A stretch of 64,000 nt of DNA from Gekko japonicus (taxonomy: Eukaryota), in contig NW_015175364.1 of assembly GCF_001447785.1 (NCBI RefSeq), positions 957,340-1,021,339 of the forward strand, read 5' to 3'. Under the pieces are notes generated by a model. It worked only from the letters and a program-made list of their open reading frames with translations, had not been told where the DNA came from and did not search any database. The translations under genes and the position numbers were made by a program. Positions 1 to 12,272 of this stretch are shown one piece after another; position 1 is the stretch's first letter, and each line of letters starts with the position of its first letter.

Positions 1-3000
1 CTAATTTTTTTTTTTGTCAATGAGTATCCCATCACCAGCTACTGAAAAAAAAACCAGGGTTTTTTTTGGTGGGGGGTGGTATTAAACCCCCCCTGTAAAT
101 TGTGGTTGGCAATTTTGCAGTCTATAAACATATTCATCTGCCTCTGTTATCCTTCTTCAAGAAACATTAAAGAAGGAATCCTAAGCAGGTCTGTTCAGAG
201 TAAGGCTTACTCTCAGCAAAGTTTTCTTAGAAGATTACAGCCTATTCTATTGAAAGACCAACTAGGAAAGCTTCTTCAGACTGATATAATAAGAGAAATA
301 ATTTCGAGAAGTATTGCCTTGATAATGTTAATTTCCCCCCTTAATTTAGTGGCCATGTGGAGTTAAACAGTTCCTTGACTAACATCAAACTACTATTCTG
401 TATGAAATATTTTTAAAAAGTGGAATCTTCTTGGGTTTCATAATATCACATTAGAGGATAAAATTACTAATAAAAACCAGCCCTGGGATCACTCCACAGA
501 AGACAAGCTGACAATTTGGACAAAGTGAAGAGACGGCGGAGGGCAGAATCGGTCTGCCACACAACATCCATTTATTTCAGCAAAATCCGTATGGTATCCA
601 TGCAGAAGCGCCATATAAATAACTGAATGTTGGGCAACAATAATGCTTTGCTAGATCATGCCTGAATCTAATGCAGGAGTCTTTATTTTGGCTCCCGTGT
701 TCCATCATCACTAGAAATATGTCCATCTTTTGCACAATTCTGTTGACTCTGCATATCATGACAACATCACAAAGTACTACAATCTCACAGTTTACCCAAA
801 ATCTATAGATACGCAAGCTGAAAGTGCTTAGAGCCACAAGACAGCAGCCCCTGATAAAAGTTCAATGGTTTGTACATAATAAATAGGGAGCATTCTTGTT
901 GGGTGCCTTTGCAGTTTGGCTCAGCAATGAAGTCATAGCATTTCAGGATATTTGATGACCTGAAATTTAAGTCTGCTCCACTCCCATCAATGCAAGACTC
1001 TTGGCTCAAGCCATTTACAATGATTGAGTCTATTGCTTTTCTTCTTATCTGTACACTGACCTTTCTTCAGATGAAAGTCAAGGTAACAACAGTGGTAAAC
1101 CAGCAAATAATAAAGCATTCTATTCCCTAGATCTCTTAGTCTTTGGTTAATCCTAGGGTTCCTGGAGAGCAAGATTTGTTTCCTTTGGAGAACAACTGCA
1201 GAGATCCAAGAACACAATACATTCCATAGACTGCATTAAAAAGCATTTGGTCTGTTGATTAATCATGATATTTAACTGCAAGTCAGAATGATGTGTGCTT
1301 TCTAAGACCATCAAATGCCATTTTTAAGCAGGCCCAATGCCAGAACTGACTAGATGCCAAGCTATCTTCTGAGGTACAATAGAAGAGCTTACGGTTTCTA
1401 GCAAGAATGACAGGGTACTCTACTTGGCTCTCCTTTCCAGTAGACACACATGATCCTGAAAAATGAGATTCCCTTCACGATTCTACACCAATACTAGTAA
1501 TCATTTAACCTTGAGGCTGCCAGAAAACGTAAATAAATAATGGGTAATTTCTGAAGAATTTCAGGGGAGAAACTGGGAAACCGTATAGCTTGCTTTGAAG
1601 CCATTTGCAAACTTTACAAAATATTCTAGCGTGACTCGTACAAGAGAGCTTGTGAGAACTTTCTTCACAGTGGATTATGTGCCCCTTCTCCAACATGTTA
1701 GCCCTTTGTTGAATAGAAAGCAGCTATTGCACCATTTCATAAGGCTGTTATCTCTCTCTATTTTACTAAAATTTCTGCATAAATCTCAAAACACCAAAAA
1801 CTTTATGAATTACTAATAAAATTACTATAATATCGAATCAGCTAAGCTGAGCTTTATGTCAGTTCAGTTGGCTATCTATTGCATGGCATATCCCATAATT
1901 TCTTCTCTATTTTACATATAAACTTTGGGACATATAGAATTCTGGATCAACAACAAAGAGTATGACATCACAAAAAGCCAGATTGTCGTGCAATGCAAAT
2001 ACATAAAGACAGGGCTAAGAAATATAATCAGTCACGTTCTAGTAACTTCACCATTTAATGGATTTAAGCTCATTGTTCACTGAACAAACCTGATAAGACT
2101 CAAGGAAAGCATGAACCAGGTATAGTAGACAATTTAGGACAGTCATTTTTAATCTTCTGTCCCTCAGACAGCCTGTTCCATACTAATTTGTCTTCTGAAG
2201 AACTCCTGATCCTTGGTCAAGGAGTTAGAAATTCTGGGACAGCAGCTCAGCATGACTTTCATACAGTGCAACGTTACAATGTGTCATAAAACACCCTCCT
2301 CTGTAGCTGCGTATTTCAGGGGAAAGATCAGGAATCCAGACCAAGCTGTCTGTTAAGCAGCTTGTCCACCATCAATAACATTTCATGAAAGAACCCCTGA
2401 GTTCCTAGGAACGCAATCTGAAAACCACTGACTTGGAACACAGTACTACCCCACACCTCCTTTCTCTGTCTTTGGACAGTTACTAGTATTTTATTCCCAC
2501 ATACTTTCATCTAAAGTGAAAGATCTAGCAACATCAGCACCATCATGAGGACTGTGGCAACAATCATATAAAAGATGCAGGTCTTATGGGTTTGGAACCT
2601 CAGGTAGAAGCTTTTGTTATTATTGTTATTTATTCATTTTTTTTTTTGGCTTTTGCATCCACAATAAAAACATGTTAGGCTCCAATTGTAAATGCCTTTT
2701 AGGCTTAACAATCTGAATGACTGCTTGCATGAATTATTCTGGTTTTGATATCAAAAGCTATCTTGCTGATACTAAGCAAAAGTCTACTAAAAAGGAGAAG
2801 CACCACAACAGAATTTACACTTTTGTGCCATGTTCATATCTTCAGCACAAATGAAAGAGGCACAAGCTTTAGGCTGACATCTCTCCCCTGCCTACTCTAC
2901 TTTCCCCAGCACCATACTGGGCACCTGGGTTCTTCCCTTATTTGCTATCTCCCTTAATACTGGGGAAGACAGCTGGTTCAGCGGAATCCTGGGTGCCAAT

Positions 3001-5619
3001 AGGCCCAATATTGCCTACTTCAGAAGTCACTTTCAACCTAGGGAGACCAAAAAGTGAGGGTGCCTGTGTGCTACTCTCCTTTCATGCTGCATACAGAGAA
3101 GAACTGAGCAGACCTAAACTCTTTGTCCTTTAAAGATATTTACATTACCTATAGATACACATTTTTTAAAAATAAACTGAGCACTATTTCAATAGCAACT
3201 GTACATAGAATCTCTCTTGGTTCTCAATACATTTCCATTTCTGTGTAAAAATGTCACTTGCAACTAATTCTTAGTAATAAAGTCTTGATTTGCCTACTGA
3301 TATTCTCAGTATCAGAGAGGGGGAAAGTTTTTATAGGTATGCACAAAATATGGCTCTCTTAATTGTTTGGATTTCAAACACCAAAATTGTGGCTTATACA
3401 TTTTCTAATTGTTTATTTACTTAGCCCATACACAATTGTCATCCTGTTAAAAAGTTTTTAAGCTTGTGAAAACAACTGGAGGTAGGGATCCGATCAACTC
3501 TTTCCTATATTTCTACTCAAGCTGGAATTACCTGTTCAAAAAAGAATATGTCAGGAATTCCACTGGGTCAGTGCAAGCTGCTTGCCTGAGACTAAGCAGT
3601 TATTAGAACCCCATTCCTTTTTGATGGGAAGGGGGGAAAAGCATGCTGATGCTGGTTTAATTATACCAAAAGCAGCTTTTGTAGGGCTCTATGTTGTCCG
3701 AATGCAGCCTTGTGTGCCAAAAGTGGGCATTTATCACACATAAGAACATACTCTACTTGCTCCTGGTTTACTCAGACATACACATCACTATGACTCAAGG
3801 GTGCATTCACACAAAATAGCTAGCAAACGAAATCAGCACAGTAGAATTAATTTGTGGTGATATTAATATATCAGCAATAAGCAATCCATGAACTAGGCCC
3901 AGAAACGACACAGCCAATTGTTCTTTGTGTATGAGCTCTAGTATCCAAGTCCATGCAGTATGTTAGCAGAACTAGATAGCTGAACAGAGAGATATTCAAA
4001 GTAGCGCTGAGCTAAAATTGAGGGGGGATACATTTTATTACCATTTTAACCACCTGCAAAATGTGCTTCTTCCTTGGGGCAACATTTCAAAAGAAGGCTA
4101 CAAGATGGGCAAAAGGCATTTAGAATCATTGGGGGTTTTTCCCCACCAACCATTTATAGGGAGGGAAGCATCTTACGCTGTCTCTTGAAATACGCATGGC
4201 GACAATGTCACACAGCCATATCCAGCAGATTCCTGATGCTATCACATTCCCCATGAAATTGCCAATTGGTTGGGATCATAGTTGCAGAAACAAGGAAAGA
4301 TAGGTAAACATTTTGCTGTTTCCCCCTGCCCCCCCACCTACAATTTCACACTGAAAATATACACTGGCCAATATTCAGCACAGAACTAATTCACCGCAGA
4401 CACAATAAAATTCAGCATATATATTTTTGCAGCCCTATGGGTAAAGTTTGCTGCAGCTGCCAATTATTTAATCGAGGAGTTACCTATCATGCTGGCTTAG
4501 TTGCAGTTCTGGCTAATGATCCACTTTCTGTGGTTTTCCTGTATTTCAAAATGTGACTGAAATTTTACAGCAATTACAAACCCCATCCCCATTCCAACTG
4601 CTCCCCCATTCTAAGTCATTTTTGAAAAGGCAGTTACTATGTACAACAACACGAAGTCCAGCAGTTCATTGTTAAAATGAACTAAGAAGGTCCCTTCAAG
4701 ATTCCAAATCCAACAGAGTCACCTACAAGTCAGTTCAGACAAGACCAAGCCAAGTTTAGGGCAGACTGGACCAAACCCAGCAGCCCTTTTCCTAATTATG
4801 GCAATCAGTAGTAACCATGCCGTGAGGTTGCCTCTGCATTGCTCACAACAGAAGCATGAAAACACGAAACAACACAGTATAAAGGCTTTGCAAAAGCAGA
4901 GAAAGAGTTGGGCATAGCAGTCGATGTTGCTAATTAACTTTACAAAACATACCACATTAAGACAGGGGTGAGCAACATTTGGCATGCAGGCACTGTATCA
5001 GGAGTCCTTTGTTTTGTGTAAGTTTCTAGCCCTCTTGAATATACACCCAAATTAAAACCATACTGAAATAAATGCTAGAGAATTAAAATAAAAAGGTTAT
5101 ATGTTCAAACGGCACATTTCACTTTTCATAAGTTCAAAGTGCAAGCATCAACATCTGTCAAGGGCTGATTCTGGCTTGGAGTGTTTGAGAGCGTACCAGT
5201 TATATAAATACTGCAGAGTGGGAGCCTCATGTCCACCAGCAGTAATTTGCACATGCCAAATTCCCAGAAAAACAATGTGCAAACCGTATTAAATCAGTGA
5301 AGCCTAAGTACATCCATCAGCTGCAGCTTTCTGGTTTGCTAAATATTTCTACCCTTAGCTCAGTGGTCTGCCCACCTCTGTCCTAATCATCTTTAGATCT
5401 TATGAAAGTCATGCTAACAGTTTCTGTGGGTAATGTGAATACATTTGTTCTTTCACATGTTATACAAGTTGCAAGCTGTTCGTTCATGTCACCCACAGGA
5501 ACTTTTAGAAGGTCCCCACCCAAACTGGAGATCGGAGAAGGCAGCAGAAAATTAGGTCCACAGAGTCTAACTGGAACACTTGCTCAAAATTGAGAAGACA
5601 ACAGCCATTTCCAATGTGA

Positions 5620-6015
5620 GACCCAGTGTAGTGTAGTGGTTAGAATGCCACGCTAAAAGACGGAGGAGACCTGTGTTCAAAGTGCCACTCAGCTATGCCC
5701 TTAACCAGGCCTTCTTCTTCTTTTTTTTTGAAAAAGAGGAGCCGGAACTCTCAAGTGGGAAATGAAGTTTTCAATCTGTATACTGAATACTCATGGACCA
5801 TTAAACATTTTTAAAAAAAATTTGTCAAAGAGGTTCTAGAACCACATTCTGGCACATTCCCCCAGAAAAAAAAGCCCTGCCTTAACTATGAGCCCTTAGG
5901 CTAGCCAGTCTTTCTTGGCCTAAGCTATCTCATAGAACTGGTTTGTGAATTAAAAACAGGAGGAGATAACCATGCCTGCCACCCTGAACGTCTGGGAGGT
6001 CAGACCGGGGTATAA
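5620..6015 (+). mobile_element. tRNA-derived SINE (Squam3-like) interrupted by a MITE
   Basis: Head agtgtagtgtagtggttaga...gttcaaa (A/B boxes); the body resumes after 5886 and ends ggggtataaatg. Confidence 0.65.
5706..5879. mobile_element. hAT-type MITE
   Basis: Termini caggcctt... and ...aaaaaaagccctg; flanked by duplicated ccttaac (5699-5705 and 5880-5886). Confidence 0.7.
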
Positions 6016-8534
6016 ATGAGAGAGCGAACTGCTCTTTCAGTTAGCAGGTGTTTACAGCTTTCTATTATTCCTGCAGCAAGGAAGATCCTTTGAATGCACA
6101 AAGCAGCCTTAGGCTAGGAGTCAGATCACTAATCTATCTAGCTTATTATTGTCTGTTATTAATTTATTATTATTGCCTGTTCTCATTGGCAACAACCTAT
6201 GGTTTCACAATCTTCTCTCCTAAATGTATACCAAGGAGTCATTCCTGTACTTGTCTCCAAACAACAAACCAGAATTAGGTTCGTCCTATGGACGATCACT
6301 ATTGGGGAATATCAAACAGGACTGTATGATTGGCTGCAGTTGTACAGTAATATAAAAGAAAAACTGTGCCCTGACATGTTCAAGCTGGGCATTAAGATCT
6401 GCCACATTAGATGGACAACTAACTGCTTAGTCATATAAACACCATGCTCTGCGGACGCTTTTGCCAAGTGCGGATTACAACTAAGGAATTACAAAAAGGT
6501 TCAAGCCTCACTTTTGCCTGTACCTTGCTTGAATCTGAACTCCAGAGTTAGGCTTGATTTGAACAGATACGACATATTAAGGAAGAAAGAACTTTTCTCT
6601 GGAGTTCACATGCAGTTACGTCCCTTCACAGTCAAGTCTCCATGGAGGCATGCTCCTCACTGCCCACGTATTACCAAAGGTTATGCAATAGTGCAAGACC
6701 GGCAAGTGGATCTGCACAAATGCCTTCTTTGGAGGTATAACTGGATGAATATCTGTTGGGAACACTTAGGTCGAAGGGAACCCTGCAAATGCAATGCTGA
6801 GTTTTGACCAGGACAGTCTGGAGGGAAGTCCTAGGGCTATCTATGTGCCTTTGTTTGTTTTAAGGAGCCTGTTAAAGCTAATTCAGTAGCTTTGGACTAA
6901 AGTTTCATGTTCCCCTGGTTATAGATTCTGTGTTCCAACCAGATTTTTGTGCTTTCCCCCCCTCTTCTTAGTAATATGCAGACTAGGAAGCCTAGTAAAA
7001 GATGTGTCATATACTCCATCACAGGCTCTTAACAGTCTTCCTAAGCCAAGAAATAAATGGTGCCTGTGGTTTTTTCCCCAGCATACAGTCATTAGGACAA
7101 GGCATCCACAAAAGCTCTCTTTCTTTTCCTTCTTACCCCAGCTTGGGATACAACTCCTGTTCTACCAGGGCTTATATCAGTTCTCTACCACAAACCCCAC
7201 TGAAATGAATGTACAGTTGCGTTTCTGCACACCTTTTTTTCAATAGGACTTGTGCAGGAAATTTTTCCAACTCACTGTGCCCAAAACTCCTAGAGATTAA
7301 AATTAACCCAGGTTTGGGGTGTTGGTGTCTGTTTGTTTTTTTGCCTCACTAGAATAATCTGTGCCCTTTCATTTCAACAGTACTAAATTATATTGACACA
7401 TAAAAACCTATTCAAGTGCAGCCCACTGTGAAGAAAGTTTTACTTCTGACCTTCAGATAACTTCATCACCAGTGGACTTTACATCCAACTATCCTCTTCA
7501 CTGCAGTTGTGAAACGCTAGAAATGGAGGGCTGCTTGTCCACATAGTCTTTCCCCCCCTCCCCCTCCAGAAATAGAGTTTTGCATTTTAAAACCAAACTG
7601 TCCACATCAGGTAATATCACAGAAAACAGGGAAGGAAGCTGCTGGGTAGGATCACATCCCTGAATAAGGACTTATGAAGCTCAGGTGGCTGACGGTGCTC
7701 ATTCTTAACAACGTCCTCATCAGTGCGAGATGTACTCAGATCTTTCTGAAATTGCTTCTAGAACAAGATCCTGAACCTTGAATTAGGCTCTTCTGCGTAT
7801 TTCAGTGTAAGCTCGTTTCAGCCCAGACTCCCCCACTCACATCTTGTTGTACTCGTAGTTTAAATCTGCTGGTGATTTTTCCACACGTATCCTCCTTTAG
7901 GATAGAATCAAAAGCAGCATATAGGTTGTCGAGTTAATGTCTGAGTCAGCTCTCAAAACCCACTTTTGCAATGCTGCTTGTCTTCTCAGCAAATCTATAC
8001 TCTAATACCTCTAAAGAATAAAAGCCTTGAGACTCTGGAGTCAAGATTGCTCACATTGGAAATATTTACCACTCCTGGGAAAAGCAGCTGGAGAAAACTG
8101 TAGCTTATGCATTTGTAGATTAAGGTGTAGAAACCTTTTGTGTGCATTTTAAAAAATCGTTTCAGGAAAAGAATCATCATTTGATTCTTTATTTGTGATC
8201 CCGAAGTTTGTAATACAGATGATGCCGTGTGAAAAAGATAAGCTCCCCAGAAGCAAAATCTTCAAGACTAAAAAGATTTCTTTTTCCTTTTAAAGAAAAA
8301 TTCGTATAGCTGCTCCTGATACAAAACTTTTCAGCAGGTTGCATTGTTGTTAGTTCTCCCTATATTGCTGCATGCAGGCTTTTGAAAAGTCCTTCTTCGG
8401 TACAATGACTCTGTTCCAAGGTACAAGCCTCCTGGAAAAGCCAGCACTGAAATGGGTGGGGAAAGTCACACAGCCCAGCTGCAGCAAGGGAATCCCTGCT
8501 GTACATCATTCCACATCTTCCACATTTCCTTGCT

Positions 8535-8646
8535 TCAGTCAATGAATCTCTGGCACGCCTTCTTCCAACGGCAAGCTGTGCACCACATATCTCTGTTCTC
8601 CATCCCATATACCTTGCGGCACTTCTTGCCTTCTCCTCTTGGCTTC
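8535..8646 (-). CDS. ZNF704: ZNF704 last coding exon, C-clamp (CR3) domain and stop
   Basis: ggcag|G AAG...GAC TGA; [36 protein letters not shown], the four-cysteine C-clamp shared with TCF E-tails, ZNF395 and SLC2A4RG. Confidence 0.97.
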
Positions 8647-8877
8647 CTGCCAGTTAAAAAAAAAATTGAAAGAAGGCCTAGTTAACAGCAGGCTTATGGT
8701 ACATTTTGGTAATCAAAACACTGGAGTGGGCCAATCAGTAAGCACTGTGAGCTAGTTATCTCAGTTACTGAAGGGGAATTAAAAAGGTAGAGGGTACACC
8801 GAGGAGAGCCAAGTGAGAGAAGTGCTATAAGAGGTATAAGGACTTGGGATAAGATGTAATTTTGACCTTGCTACTTT

Positions 8878-9015
8878 ACTATTTATTGATTTATTATTTG
8901 TATTTATAGCCCCCCCCATCCCACAAGCGGGCTCAGGGCAGGTAACATCATAAAAATAGTACAATAAATACGATTAAAATTAAATGTTAGTAATTTAAAC
9001 AATAATAAACATTAA
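8878..9015 (-). mobile_element. L2 3' tail fragment
   Basis: (ATTT)n tail plus cccacaagcgggctcagggc, as in the 3' end of the L2 at 58421. Confidence 0.65.
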
Positions 9016-9229
9016 AACTCAATCACACTTCTGACAGTCACTGGTTGTACGGTTCTTTAGCATATTATTTGGGTTAACAGATAGATAGGTGGATAGGTGT
9101 CAATGGTTTGTCAATGAATCTTGCAACACAAACATTTCGAAATTGTAACGTTTTCAGTTATATTTTGTATGCCATCATGAGCCACAGGGAAAAGTGGGAT
9201 ATACATTATTTTAATAAATAAAGTACATT

Positions 9230-9900
9230 CCTATTTATTTAATTCATATGCCATCTCTCCAGAGCCCTGCCTGATGTGGCTCAAAAAGTAAGAACGGCAC
9301 AACACAAATCATAGCAACTACATAAGAATTATCAACAGAACAAGCCAGGGGAGTAATAAAACAAGCCTGGACCTAAAAGCAACATGAACCAACAATCAAG
9401 AGCCTAAAACAACACTCATAAAACAGTCCTCAGGCTAAAAGCAGACCATTAAAATATCTAGGAAAGATCGAACTGCTCACTTGAAAGCCTGGGTAAGGAG
9501 AAAATTTGGTTGGCACCCTAAAAGACAATAAGGTATGCGCTGGGCAACTCTCAAGGGGGATGGCATTCCAAAGGCCACCCCTAGAAAAGACCATCTCTGG
9601 TTGCCAACAGACTCACCTCTGCAGGTTGGGGCACTGAGAGCAGGCCTTGGGAACAGCATCTTAACCGGCAGGCTGGATGGCATGGGAGGAGGTGATCCTT
9701 CAAGCACCCTAGCCCCAGACTGTTTAGGGCCTTAAATGTAAGAACTAGTACTCTGAATTGTCCCCTGAGGCAGAGAGACAAGTCAGTGCAGCTCTTGAAG
9801 CACAGTTGTGGTTGACCCTGTAACAGCCTGGTGGTTCCATTTTGGACCAGACAATTTCCAAAAGAATTCCCATGGAAAGTATATTACAGCCATCTCAGCC
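9230..9900 (-). mobile_element. Old L2 3' fragment
   Basis: Degenerate translation FRVLVLTFKALN.LG...LKDHL resembles the C-terminus of the L2 ORF at 58750. Confidence 0.7.
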
Positions 9901-10460
9901 GGATGTGATGATCACAGCACCTTCTCTTCCTCCACCTTCAGTTGGTACAACTATTCCACTGTTACATCTTCAAAGTATGTAATCTATCCCCCTTACCAGT
10001 TTCTTATAAATGAAGTCTAGCTCCATGCTTTCCTCATCATTCCATGGAGGGAAAAAAGCTCCTCCCTTAGGAGACCCTTTTATCTATCTCCTTGCAACTC
10101 CAGATTAAACTGCCTGAACATTACACAACACAAGGAAATGAAAGTTATGTCCTATGACTTTCCTGACATTTTTAATAGTTCTCTGATTTTGACTAGTGAA
10201 CAGATCAGTATTAATAGTGACTTTTATTTTTCCAGTTTGAAAACAGTTTGAAAAGTACCGGCAATAATTTCCTAGGTACTTGTACTAATAATGAAGAAAA
10301 CAAACATCCTTCCTAATATTGTGTTGCTACCTAGTCATGTTGGAAAAAACACATGCAGGGGTGATGAAAGATGTCTTTTTTCGGATGTGCATGTGTATGA
10401 TCTCCATCTTGTCTCCTAATTAATTAATTGCTCTGTTGTCAGGGCTATCGTATCTCTTAC

Positions 10461-10558
10461 CTCAGGCCAACTGATGCTCTAGGTGGTGAGGACAGAACTG
10501 TCTGGATCTGCTGCTTTTGCTCTCCACTCCCTGCAGGACGTGTATGCGTTGGAGAAAG
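10461..10558 (-). CDS. ZNF704: ZNF704 coding exon
   Basis: gctag|CTT...CTG AG|gtaag; 98 bp; LSPTHTRPAGSGEQKQQIQTVLSSPPRASVGL(R). Confidence 0.95.
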
Positions 10559-10922
10559 CTAGCAATGCAAGAGACAAAAATACAATGCTGATTATGGGAT
10601 CTCAAAACAGGAGAGGGCACCATGGATTACACAGTCAAATTATCCATCCCAAAACAGCATTTCCTATACCCCATTTCTCCATCAGCCCATTCCCACTGGG
10701 TCTTTGACAGCCAATCCAAGTGCGCAGAAGAATATGCAATCTGTACGATGTCAGATATGTATATGTATATATAGATACACACACAGAGCGTGAAGTGCAC
10801 AACTTAGTTCTCTAGTTCAGCACTACTCCATGATGTGCTAATTGTGGACATGAGCAGAAATATGAACTGAAATATTTAAGCCTGTTACATATAAGTGAAA
10901 TATTACCATTCTATGTAACACT

Positions 10923-11260
10923 GACACAAAAGGAAATAGTAGTTCACACAGAGAGTGATTAAAATGTGGAATTCACTGCCAGAGGATGTAGTGATGGCCA
11001 GAGGAATAAACAGCTTTAAAAGGGGATTAGATGGATTCATGGAAGGTAAGTCTGTCAATGGCTACTAGTCATGGTGACTGAGGGGAACTTCCACATTCAG
11101 AGGCACTAAGCCTCTGAATCCCAGAGCCAGGAGGCAACATCAGGGGAAGGCCTCAGCCTCTATGCCCTGCTGTTGGCTGTCCAAAGGAACTGGTTGGCCA
11201 CTGTGGGAGACAGGATGCTGGACAAGATGGACCACCAGCAGGACTCTTCTTATGTTCTTA
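10923..11260 (+). mobile_element. CR1 LINE 3' end
   Basis: FTQRVIKMWNSLPEDVV...FKRGLDGFM-type ORF2 end and ttcttatgttctta octamer tail. Confidence 0.85.
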
Positions 11261-11649
11261 ACTACGTGACTTGTTAAACATCTACCCTAAGACCATGGCC
11301 TTGCCCCCCTTTCTTTTCCTGCTGCTTGAGATAGATGCTGTTTACCTCAGAGACACCTGCTGTGTTTTCTTGTGATATATTAAGAATATCCAGTATTGTA
11401 AGGCTCAGAGTTCCCACAAGTTATGTGGGTCAACAGGCAGCTGTTAAGTTCTAGCCAACTTCACAATGTAACCAGTAGCATTACACTGTTCCCAAAACAT
11501 CCCTGGGCAGATGCCTATTGGGACTTCCTTTGGCAAATATTCAAGGAAAGCCTCACATTCTGTTATTGTGCACAACTGTTGTTCACAACTATTTCTTCCC
11601 AAGGTTAAATCTGAAGCTAACTTCCTGTAATTTGGTGGGTAGCAGTGTT

Positions 11650-11985
11650 GGTTTGAAGCAGCAGAACAATGTCTGAGTGCAGTGGCACCTTTAAGACCAA
11701 CAACGTTTTATTCAAGGTATAAGTTTTTGTGTGGAAGCACACTTCTTCAGATACAGTAAAAAAGAATTTCTTCAACCATTACACATATAGGGGGGGGGTT
11801 TAGCTGGCAGGAAGGGCGAGTTATAGTCAAGATGCATAAGTAACTGGGTTATTATAGCTGAGATTGAATTAAGGCAGTTAAGATTTGTGAACGACAGTAA
11901 ATTAGCATACAAATACAAGAGTTAACAAACAGATGTGAGAAGGAAGTTTTGAGTTCAGTGGCACCCTCAAGACCAACCAAGTGCA
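11650..11985 (-). mobile_element. Penelope-like element terminal fragments (partial tandem)
   Basis: gagt(g/t)cagtggcacc...aagaccaac occurs at ~11675 and again at ~11951, with a hammerhead-like motif at 11717-11754. Confidence 0.65.
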
Positions 11986-12104
11986 ACAGAGTTCAATTCT
12001 CGGTATTCTGGTTTTTGGCAGAAAACACAGGTGTTCTCTTCAACTATTTTGTCTGTATATATAAATATGCACAAAGCTGCTTTATAATATCCATTGGCCA
12101 CCTA

Positions 12105-12272
12105 CTCAGTATCACCTACTCTGACTGGCAGTGGATCTCCAGGATCTTAGATGGGGGGGGGGAGTTTTTCTGAAACACCTGCTACCATAGATCTTTTAAC
12201 TGGTGATGCCAGGGACTGAGCATGGGATGGTCTATATGCAAAGAATGTGCTCCACCATGACACCACAGCTCC
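12105..12272 (-). mobile_element. tRNA-derived SINE, degenerate (related copies ~45845-46030 and ~52990-53140)
   Basis: Shared ctactctgactggcagtgg...ttttaactgg(t/a)gatgcc...ccactgag motifs. Confidence 0.55.

Larger units (their letters stand above)
1..8534 (-). other. ZNF704: Probable long 3' UTR of ZNF704 (end not defined)
   Basis: Downstream of the stop codon, AT-rich and markedly poorer in recognisable repeats than the introns. Mammalian ZNF704 has a very long 3' UTR. The poly(A) site cannot be determined from sequence. Confidence 0.5.
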
